Positions 16,847 through 23,919 of a stretch of DNA of 31,432 nt are shown here, piece by piece. The notes beneath the pieces are model-generated. The model was not told the DNA's origin and searched no databases. It saw only the letters and a program-made list of their open reading frames with translations. Location: IMG/VR virus record IMGVR_UViG_3300045988_078245. One strand, written 5' to 3'. The position numbers and the translations under genes are program-made. Position 1 is the first letter of the stretch. Each line of letters begins with the position of its first letter. Source of the DNA: a virus.

Positions 16847-18040
16847 TTATCCCCGGGCAGTATTTTTCTGCGGAGCATTCGGGGTAAGCTGTTGCATATA
16901 GGCGTCTGCGGCCTCTGTGTACTTGTTCTCGTAATCGGCGAACACATCGCAGTAGGTGTTCAGGGTGGTCTCAATATTGGCGTGCCCAAGGCGCTTCTGG
17001 AGCACCTTAACAGGCATACCGCTCTCAATGCAGCGGGTGGCGTATGTATGCCGCAGGCTGTGGAGGGACACAACACCGGGCACGGTAGGATCCAGCACAT
17101 TATATTTTTTCAAAATTCGTTGAAATTGCATGTTCACTTGACTGGTGGTCAGTACCTTGTGCCCTTTGAAGTCGTAGAACAGCAGATCAAAGCGGTTTGG
17201 CTGCCACTGTTCCATATATTCGGACAGAATACAGAACGGTGCGTCTGTCAGGCTCAAAAGCCGCTGCCCGGCGTAGGTCTTAGTCTTGGTGCCTATGACG
17301 GCGTGGTCCGTCTGGTCCTTGGTCACCGTGCGCCGCACATTCACGGTGCGGAAAGTCAGGTTGACATCATGCACATCTAAGGCGTTGATCTCGCCCATAC
17401 GCATGCCGGTGCACAACATCAACATCATCTGCTCCCAATATCGGCAGCCACGCTCTTGGTCGTTCATGACCTGCACAAACCTGGTCTGCTCCTCTACGGT
17501 CAACGCACGCACCTTGCGGGTGGCATTGTTGCTCTTTGGCTTTTTCATGCCACGCATAGGATCCTTGCGGATCAGGTCATTGTCAAGGGCTGTGCGAAAG
17601 CAGCGGGCAAGCAGGGCATAGTCCTTGGCGATCACTGAATTGGAACAACTGGTGATCTCTATAAGGTATTGGGTCACTTGCGGTGGCCGCACAGCTTGCA
17701 GTGGGCGGTCGCCTATGGAGCTGGCGGCGATCCGCTTACAGCTGGCCAGCTTGCGCAGGTAGGTGTTGTCCCCTATCTGGTTTAGCGCCCGGTCTGTCTC
17801 GACAAGCGATAAGATATACTTGGCAACGGTGATCTTGTCCGGCTCTATTACCGACCCGGTGGCAAGTTCATTTTTCAGCGCGTCCAGCTTTGCCCGCACA
17901 TCTGCCTGCCGCTTGCCGTATATTGTCTTTCTTTTCGGCTTGCCGTTGGCGTCCACGCCTATAGTCAGCTGGGCAGCCCATAGGCCTTTGCTTTCCATCT
18001 TATAGATGGTTCCGTCACCGTTTCCTCTTTTTCTTGGCAT
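16847..18040 (-). CDS. int: Tyrosine integrase with an N-terminal arm-binding domain
   Basis: Motifs read: HSLRHTYATRCIESG and LGHANIETTLNTYCDV at the C-terminus, and GDGTIYKMESKGLWAAQL at the N-terminus. ATG 18040 is preferred over GTG 18049. Confidence 0.9.
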   Translation of the reverse strand: MPRKRGNGDGTIYKMESKGLWAAQLTIGVDANGKPKRKTIYGKRQADVRAKLDALKNELATGSVIEPDKITVAKYILSLVETDRALNQIGDNTYLRKLASCKRIAASSIGDRPLQAVRPPQVTQYLIEITSCSNSVIAKDYALLARCFRTALDNDLIRKDPMRGMKKPKSNNATRKVRALTVEEQTRFVQVMNDQERGCRYWEQMMLMLCTGMRMGEINALDVHDVNLTFRTVNVRRTVTKDQTDHAVIGTKTKTYAGQRLLSLTDAPFCILSEYMEQWQPNRFDLLFYDFKGHKVLTTSQVNMQFQRILKKYNVLDPTVPGVVSLHSLRHTYATRCIESGMPVKVLQKRLGHANIETTLNTYCDVFADYENKYTEAADAYMQQLTPNAPQKNTARG

Positions 18041-18180
18041 TGTACACACTTCTCCTTTGCATATAGCAGCGGGCAGCGCCTAAAAAAGGGCGCAAAAAGC
18101 CCCGCTTGATTTTTTAGCAGGGCTGTGATACAATAACCAGTGTTGGGTGGGTTATGTGCACGCACATCTCCTGCTTATTG

Positions 18181-18215
18181 GCTCTCCCCTGCGCCAACAG
18201 GGGGGAGCTTTTTTT
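18181..18215 (+). terminator. + oriented intrinsic terminator between two - strand genes
   Basis: An 11-bp stem (GCTCTCCCCTG / CAGGGGGGAGC) with a 6-nt loop, followed by T7. The - orientation has no U tract. Confidence 0.6.
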
Positions 18216-18217
18216 AT

Positions 18218-19357
18218 TTATTCGTTATAGTTCATAAGGCAAATAAAGCAGCCCAGTGTTGAGTGGCAGTCGGCCAGCGCTCTGTGGGCAGTCTCGTCCT
18301 GGCAATCAAAGTAGTTGGCCACCGTACCCAGCTTATAATCGGGCAGGAACGGTAACTCCCGCTTGGCGCATTGCATTGTGTCGAATGAGGGAAAAGCCGT
18401 GTCTCCATCGCAGTATAGATTAGCGTTGCGCACAAGGAAGCCCACATCAAAGGACACATTGTGACCCACAAGAGGCAGATCACCGATGAAGTCCAGCACA
18501 TCAGGCATTATATCGGCAGCAGCGGGCGCTTCCTCCAGCATTTCGTTGGTGATCCCGGTAAGCTTGGTAATCCGACCGGATACCGGTTTTTTGGGCCGAA
18601 CAAGTTGCTGATAGCTGTCCACCACATCAGTGCCGCACACCTTTAACATGCCGACCTCTATGATCTCATTTTGAATAGGAGAAAAGCCGGTGGTCTCAAA
18701 GTCAATGACTACAAACTCCTCTGGAAACTTTCGCAGCCGGGAGCCGCGCCGATAAAAACCTTTTTCTTCCTGCTCGTCGTCATCGTCTGCCGAGTCAGGC
18801 TCCGGGTCGGTCATCTCGACGACCGGCAGTGTAACTGTAACAGGCTCCGTATCAATATGCACGGATATGTTCGGTATATTTTCCAGTTCGGGTTCCGTGT
18901 GTTCTCCCTCGTCAGCATACCTGGGATTGACCCACTGCGCCACAGGCTCCACCTCTTTTTGGGCAGCGGGCGGTATAGACTCCGCTTTCGCCACCGGCTC
19001 AGGCGGAACAGCAGCGGGCTGTTCGGCAACGCACTTTTCTGTGTCCGCTTCCGGTCGTTGTGCGGCGGGTGGCTCTGCGACCGGAGGGACAGGTGGAACA
19101 ACTGCCTGTTGTGCTGGCTGTGGTGCAGCGGGCTGCTGCACCGTAGGCGGCATATAGTATGTACCCTGTTGCTCGTGCCGGGCGTTTTCCTGCTCATCTG
19201 CGGGGATCAGTTTTAGCACCTTGGTAAGGATGATGTAATAAATCACCAACAATGCAACAGACACAACCAGGAACGGCGGAAAAGCTGCACAGGCGAGCAG
19301 TGTTGCTACAACCAACGGCGGCAGCGCATACAGTAAAATCTTGTATGATTTTTTCAC
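18218..19357 (-). CDS. Membrane-anchored DEDDh (DnaQ-like) 3'-5' exonuclease with a long Pro/Ala/Glu-rich linker
   Basis: Two N-terminal TM helices and a roughly 170-aa low-complexity linker. Exonuclease motifs: VVIDFETTG (ExoI), LVGHNVSFDVGFL (ExoII) and HRALADC (ExoIII). Confidence 0.8.
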   Translation of the reverse strand: MKKSYKILLYALPPLVVATLLACAAFPPFLVVSVALLVIYYIILTKVLKLIPADEQENARHEQQGTYYMPPTVQQPAAPQPAQQAVVPPVPPVAEPPAAQRPEADTEKCVAEQPAAVPPEPVAKAESIPPAAQKEVEPVAQWVNPRYADEGEHTEPELENIPNISVHIDTEPVTVTLPVVEMTDPEPDSADDDDEQEEKGFYRRGSRLRKFPEEFVVIDFETTGFSPIQNEIIEVGMLKVCGTDVVDSYQQLVRPKKPVSGRITKLTGITNEMLEEAPAAADIMPDVLDFIGDLPLVGHNVSFDVGFLVRNANLYCDGDTAFPSFDTMQCAKRELPFLPDYKLGTVANYFDCQDETAHRALADCHSTLGCFICLMNYNE

Positions 19358-19662
19358 GCTTTGTCCTCCAGGTTGCGATTGATATTTGCAAGCAGCTTAA
19401 TGACGATCCAATTCTGATTGAAAATTGCTTCCTGTATAGAGTTGATATTCAGCAATAACGGACCGTAGTTATCGGACAGCACGCTGCCAACAGTAATGGC
19501 CGCATTCCCCTTAAAGGTCTCTATGATCCGGTTGAGTTCGTGTTCCGGAATATCGTCGGCGTACTCCTCCAGGTGGTACTTTTCGATGAATTCGTCACGC
19601 TTGGCCTTGGCGGCCTCTTGTTTCCTTCTTTCCTTTTCTTCTGCTGATGTAAACAGACCCAT
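19354..19662 (-). CDS. Hypothetical protein
   Basis: 102 aa with RBS aggagg. Its stop overlaps the start of the exonuclease gene. Confidence 0.55.
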   Translation of the reverse strand: MGLFTSAEEKERRKQEAAKAKRDEFIEKYHLEEYADDIPEHELNRIIETFKGNAAITVGSVLSDNYGPLLLNINSIQEAIFNQNWIVIKLLANINRNLEDKA

Positions 19663-19715
19663 TTCTTTTTTCCTCCTATTAAGTTATTACATCTATAATC
19701 ACGGCACGCCGTGGA

Positions 19716-20126
19716 TTATGACATTCCGCATTCAAAGTAGAATTCCAACGCCTTATGGATGAACTCTTCCGTCACATTGAAATGCTCGGCCAGCTCGTAA
19801 GGCTCCAGCCCCTGGCGCAGCTGCGCCTCCAACTCGGCCTTGGGGATCAACTTCTTTACCGCCCACTTATCTGCCCGGCGTTCGTGCTTACTGCGCCGGT
19901 CAAGCGGGGCATATAGGTTGTAGAACGACCCGGTTATGCAGTGCCCGGCTTCGTGGGCAAGGCGGCAGCGGGCCTCTGCGGTGCTCTCCAGGCTCTGCTC
20001 GTCCAATGCTATGTAATAATCATCGCCGATATTGGCCGACGCAGACTTGGCAGCGGGCATACTGCCCAGATACACCTCTATGTTGTTTCGCTCGATCTCA
20101 TCGAACAGGGACTCAGTTGTTTTCAT
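19716..20126 (-). CDS. ImmA/IrrE-family zinc metalloprotease
   Basis: HEXXH motif in LAHEAGHCITG. The gene overlaps the upstream XRE repressor, the classic ImmR/ImmA arrangement. Confidence 0.85.
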   Translation of the reverse strand: MKTTESLFDEIERNNIEVYLGSMPAAKSASANIGDDYYIALDEQSLESTAEARCRLAHEAGHCITGSFYNLYAPLDRRSKHERRADKWAVKKLIPKAELEAQLRQGLEPYELAEHFNVTEEFIHKALEFYFECGMS

Positions 20127-20463
20127 TCTCTCTCTTTCTCTTATCCTTTATGAATTCTACAAACCCTTTAACTTCCTGCCACATCTCGTCGGTGACCTCT
20201 CCGTCACCGCCGAATAAAGCCACTTTCGCTATTTCCTCCGGACTTTGCTGGTCCGGGGGATTTTTTATATCCGTATTTCCCAAAAGGTAGTCCACCGACA
20301 CGCCAAAGTGTTCGGCTATAGCAGTTAAAGCGTCAGCTGACGGTATGCTACCATAGCGCCACCGGCCAACAGTCGCTTTGGAATAACCAAGTGACTGCCC
20401 AACGCCGGTCGTAGTGCCGCCCTCTTCTTTGCAGAGTGCAGTAAATCTCTCGAAAAAATCCAC
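20113..20463 (-). CDS. XRE-family (CI/ImmR-like) repressor
   Basis: HTH read as GQSLGYSKATVGRWRYGSIPSADALTAIAEHFGVSVDYLLG. Divergent from the Cro-like gene. Confidence 0.85.
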   Translation of the reverse strand: MDFFERFTALCKEEGGTTTGVGQSLGYSKATVGRWRYGSIPSADALTAIAEHFGVSVDYLLGNTDIKNPPDQQSPEEIAKVALFGGDGEVTDEMWQEVKGFVEFIKDKRKRENENN

Positions 20464-20523
20464 AATTTTGCCTCACTTTTTTTGTGCATAATCACGAAAG
20501 TACGCAAATGTAGACTTTTGGTG

Positions 20524-20552
20524 TTGACAAGTACACTCTGGCAGCCTATAAT
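20524..20552 (+). promoter_or_regulatory. Rightward (lytic) consensus promoter TTGACA-17-TATAAT
   Basis: -35 at 20524-20529, -10 at 20547-20552, spacer exactly 17 nt. Confidence 0.65.
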
Positions 20553-20611
20553 GGCAACTGTAGTCAACAAATGCGGACTCGCGCTGTTATCTTAGGTCTC
20601 AGAACAGCCTC

Positions 20612-20640
20612 ATTATAGCACGCTTGTACGCATTTGTAAA
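20612..20640 (-). promoter_or_regulatory. Leftward (repressor) promoter TTTACA-17-TATAAT, facing the rightward promoter
   Basis: Reverse complement reads TTTACAaatgcgtacaagcgtgcTATAAT. The -35 overlaps the operator-like repeat TACGCATTTGTA. Confidence 0.55.
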
Positions 20641-20699
20641 CTACAAAATGCAAAAAAGTGTGCATTTGTGCACAAAAGCACAGAAAAGGAGGTAACACA

Positions 20700-20891
20700 A
20701 TGGACGAGTGGATCGCTGAGGCTATCGGAAAAATGCACATCAACAAGATCACACAAGTTGAGCTCGCGCAGTATATGGGTTACACGCGCAGCTACATCAG
20801 CTCAATACTGATTGGCCGACGCAAACCGCCCCAGGCAAAAGAGCGGATCCTCGGCGCGATCAACGAGATCATCGCAGAGCGCAACAACTAA
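20700..20891 (+). CDS. Cro-like small HTH regulator
   Basis: 63 aa with RBS aaaggagg. HTH read as ITQVELAQYMGYTRSYISSILIG. Confidence 0.7.
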   Translation: MDEWIAEAIGKMHINKITQVELAQYMGYTRSYISSILIGRRKPPQAKERILGAINEIIAERNN

Positions 20892-21122
20892 ATACACGGC
20901 CAGCCTTTTGGGCGGCGGCAGAACTAAGCAGGCAGTGGGACCTTTTTTCATTTCTTCTCTTTCTTCTTTTTTTTGTCAAATTTACCCATTATGTTCCTGC
21001 TTCCGGTGCCCGCCCCACCCAACATCACATTTATCGCCAACGGCACTTTTGCCGTACAGCGGGCAGCTTGCGGCTCTGCCGCTTGCCCAAAGGGCTGGCC
21101 TAATCAAGAAAGGAGAATAGCA

Positions 21123-21440
21123 ATGAAAGTACCCATCAATAAGGACAACACCTTGGCAATGGACGACTTTGACGCCGCCGTGCAGCAGCGTATGGAGCGC
21201 CTGCAAAGCTATATTGACCTGATCCGCACCGCCGAAGCTGTAGAGAAAGAGGTCAAGGTAAAGGGTACAAAGCTGTATCTTGGTCCGGAAGATGTGGCGG
21301 CATACCTGAATTGTAGCATTCCGACTGCCAGGCAGTATATGCACCGCCCGGGCTTCCCTCTCATTCAGCTGGGAGAGAACGGCACCAAGTTGGCTGTGTT
21401 CGCCCCGGCGTTCCACGCCTATAATGCAGGCAAATATTGA
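21123..21440 (+). CDS. Excisionase-family (HTH_17-like) DNA-binding protein
   Basis: ATG 21123 after aaaggag. C-terminus reads LYLGPEDVAAYLNCSIPTARQYMHRPGFPLIQLG. Confidence 0.55.
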   Translation: MKVPINKDNTLAMDDFDAAVQQRMERLQSYIDLIRTAEAVEKEVKVKGTKLYLGPEDVAAYLNCSIPTARQYMHRPGFPLIQLGENGTKLAVFAPAFHAYNAGKY

Positions 21441-21441
21441 T

Positions 21442-21459
21442 TTTGCAGTCAACTGCAAA
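21442..21459. repeat. Palindrome TTTGCAGT-CA-ACTGCAAA, copy 2 of 3
   Basis: Perfect copy, 1 nt after the stop at 21440 and 14 nt before ATG 21474. Confidence 0.9.
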
Positions 21460-21473
21460 GAAAGGACAAACCA

Positions 21474-21779
21474 ATGACGAAACGAGAAAAGGCCGGCGTG
21501 GTCCTGGTGATTACCGGCTTTCTGCTGGTGATGTTGGGCTGCTGCCTGGTGGCGGATAATCCGTACTGGTGGATGTCCGTTGTAATCAGCGGCACCGGCT
21601 GCGCATTGATCGCTTTGGCGGTGTTCGTGCTGCCCAAGGACGAGGACGAGCCGCAGCAGGATAAGCGGCTGGTGATCGAGGACGAAAACCACAAGGTGGT
21701 GCTGGTAGCGCCGCCGACAGACTTTGATGTGGCGTATCTACGCGCCTTAAAACTGGGAAAGGACAATGACAATGAGTGA
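21474..21779 (+). CDS. Small membrane protein (2 TM)
   Basis: 101 aa with two hydrophobic helices and an acidic C-terminus. Confidence 0.55.
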   Translation: MTKREKAGVVLVITGFLLVMLGCCLVADNPYWWMSVVISGTGCALIALAVFVLPKDEDEPQQDKRLVIEDENHKVVLVAPPTDFDVAYLRALKLGKDNDNE

Positions 21780-22011
21780 TAAATATATTGATCTGATGAT
21801 CGTGACCAACGGCAGCGTGTACCGGGCCCCCGGGTTCAGCGATGCACAGCCCGGTTACAAAGCGATGGTGCAAGGCGTCATCCACGATGTGCTGGAGGTG
21901 GTGACTGTACCCGTGAGTGAGGCGCTGCTGACGCTGGCCAGGGTGGATAGCGTTATTCATTCGCTGGAATATGATGAATACAGCAGCGGGCAAAAAGAAA
22001 AAGCCGACTGA
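21766..22011 (+). CDS. Hypothetical protein
   Basis: 81 aa, overlapping the previous stop. An alternative start is ATG 21772. Confidence 0.5.
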   Translation: MTMSDKYIDLMIVTNGSVYRAPGFSDAQPGYKAMVQGVIHDVLEVVTVPVSEALLTLARVDSVIHSLEYDEYSSGQKEKAD

Positions 22012-22410
22012 ACGACCAGTCGACTTGAACGCGGCGAAAAGAAAGTAAAACGCCTGCGCTAATTACATTATATATAAGGACCGCAGAGAAGTCAAGGACA
22101 AGCCGTGCGGCAAGGGCGAAAAAAGGGGTCTGTGCTCCTTTTTTGCTCCTTGTTCAAAGTATTATTTTTAAGCACAAAACGCCAACGGCAAAAATATATA
22201 TCGCTTGGCATTCTTCAGCGGGTTCAGGCGCAGGCAGGAGACCGGCGGCAACAGGGTGTGTACCCGCGCCGCATAATGAGGAGCTGTGCTCTGTGGGAAT
22301 GTGAAATACGCCGGTGAACCGGTGGAAAACTTGCTTTTCCACCCGGGAGCCGATCAGCGTTTTTCAGCATTTCCATAGAGTGCCGGTCCGTCAGAAAGGA
22401 GCAAAACAAA

Positions 22411-23163
22411 ATGCCATGGGTGCAAAAGACCACCTACGCAGGTAAATGTATCTACATTCAGCGGCATTACTCCTCACGCTACGGAAGCAAGAATAAATGC
22501 ACCAGGGGTAGCAATTACGGAAAGACAAGCGAGGCGCAGGCGGCAGTCAACAATCGCCAGGCGTGCCTACAGCAGGAGATGATCTTCAATGCGAATTTCG
22601 GACCAGGTGACCTGACAGCTACATTTACATTCCGAAAGGCGGACAGGCCCAAGGACCTGCAAGAGATCAAGAAACTGTGGGCCGCCTATATGGCCAAACT
22701 GCGATATGCCTACAAAAAGGCCGGCGTAGACTTCAAGTGGATGAGAGCCATTGAGACACCGGACAAGAACCCACATGTCCACATGGCGCTGTCCGGTATT
22801 GACTTGACCAAGCTGCCCAGGTGGACATACGGTCGGGTGGAATTCGTGCCAATAGATGATCGAGACCACCACACCTACGGCGGGGACCTGAGAGAGGAGA
22901 CCCACATCAAGCAAGGACACGAGGGCAAGTACACCACGGCCAAGTCCAGGGTGTGTTTTAGCCGGAGTCGCAACCTGGTGGTACCTGAACCGGAATACCA
23001 GATCATCTATAGCGACCACTGGGCAGATGAACCAAGAGCACCAAAGGGCTACTATGTGGTCAAGGACACGCTGAACAACTGGGAGGACGAAGTAACAGGC
23101 TTTAAGTATCAATCCTATGTGCTCTGCCCGATCTCAAAGAACCAACCGCACCGGCGGTGTTAG
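22411..23163 (+). CDS. HUH-type rolling-circle Rep-like protein (pC194/Rep_1-like motifs)
   Basis: 250 aa with RBS aaaggag. Motifs in canonical order: LTATFTF (motif 1-like), KNPHVHMAL (HUH) and EGKYTTAKS (Tyr motif). Confidence 0.5.
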   Translation: MPWVQKTTYAGKCIYIQRHYSSRYGSKNKCTRGSNYGKTSEAQAAVNNRQACLQQEMIFNANFGPGDLTATFTFRKADRPKDLQEIKKLWAAYMAKLRYAYKKAGVDFKWMRAIETPDKNPHVHMALSGIDLTKLPRWTYGRVEFVPIDDRDHHTYGGDLREETHIKQGHEGKYTTAKSRVCFSRSRNLVVPEPEYQIIYSDHWADEPRAPKGYYVVKDTLNNWEDEVTGFKYQSYVLCPISKNQPHRRC

Positions 23164-23173
23164 GAGGGCGACA

Positions 23174-23509
23174 ATGACATACATACAGCAATGGGAACGA
23201 ATGCGGGACAAGGTGCGCAGCTTGGAGCAGGAACGCCAAACGCAGCTGATCTTGGCGCCGCACAACGCATACGGCTTTAAGCTAAACATCAACCACCCGC
23301 TGATCCGGCCAAAGTGGGACGCCTTTAAGAGTGCCAAAGGCCTGGGCCAGTATGGCATGACGGACGATCTGCGCCGGGAGTTTGAGGAGACAGTGATTGC
23401 CAGCAAATATATGCAAAAATGCCTGGAACAGGAGCAGCAGCACATTGGTGCAGTGGAGCACCAGTTCATCCGTATGGCTTACGCTCCTGCGGAGCAGGCA
23501 GCGGGCTGA
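23174..23509 (+). CDS. Hypothetical protein
   Basis: 111 aa with RBS aggaggg. It ends in ...EQAAG, encoded by the polar motif. Confidence 0.6.
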   Translation: MTYIQQWERMRDKVRSLEQERQTQLILAPHNAYGFKLNINHPLIRPKWDAFKSAKGLGQYGMTDDLRREFEETVIASKYMQKCLEQEQQHIGAVEHQFIRMAYAPAEQAAG

Positions 23510-23919
23510 TGGGTACCCAAGAACACTGGACTGCTGCCCAGTACCAGGAGTATCTGCGGCAGCGGGCAAAGGGAAACAACAAATACCACGCCGTAAAGGT
23601 AGAGGTGGACGGCACAGTATATGCCAGCCAAAGCGAAAGCAGGCGCGCCAAAGAGCTGCACCTACTGGAGCGGCACGGGCTGGTGCGCAATCTGCGCGAG
23701 CAGGTGCCGTATGAGCTTATTCCTGCCGGCGTTGGCAAATACCGTAAAGAGCGCTCAGTGGTGTACAAGGCGGATTTCGTTTATGAAGTATGCCAGCCGG
23801 ACGGCACCTGGAAGCAGGTGGTAGAGGACACCAAGGGCGCCAAAACAAAGGAATATATCATCAAACGAAAACTCATGCTGTACATTCACGGCATAAGCGT
23901 AAAGGAGACAGACAAATGA
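23509..23919 (+). CDS. DUF1064-like protein (putative junction-resolving nuclease fold)
   Basis: ATGA start/stop overlap with the previous gene. Motif read: NKYHAVKVEVDGTVYASQSESRRAKELHLLERHGLVRNLREQVPYEL. Confidence 0.65.
   Translation: MGTQEHWTAAQYQEYLRQRAKGNNKYHAVKVEVDGTVYASQSESRRAKELHLLERHGLVRNLREQVPYELIPAGVGKYRKERSVVYKADFVYEVCQPDGTWKQVVEDTKGAKTKEYIIKRKLMLYIHGISVKETDK

Noticed and set aside
16781-17380. A 199-aa + strand ORF antisense to the integrase gene, and the 16672-16947 - strand ORF over attP
   Set aside because: The first is antisense to a gene with clear tyrosine recombinase motifs. The second crosses a terminator hairpin and the repeat arrays.
19700-19713. Palindrome CACGGCacGCCGTG just after the ImmA stop codon
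   Set aside because: The 2-nt loop makes an RNA hairpin implausible, there is no U tract and the sequence is not repeated elsewhere. The evidence is too weak to call an operator or a terminator.
20982-21692. A 236-aa - strand ORF across the early region
   Set aside because: It overlaps two + strand genes that have good RBSs and start/stop coupling. Its translation is His/Gln/Arg/Ala-rich with no recognisable motif.
22105-22317. A 70-aa ORF inside the 400-bp non-coding island
   Set aside because: It has no RBS and an Arg/Cys/Leu-rich, non-protein-like composition. The region is better treated as an origin or regulatory DNA.
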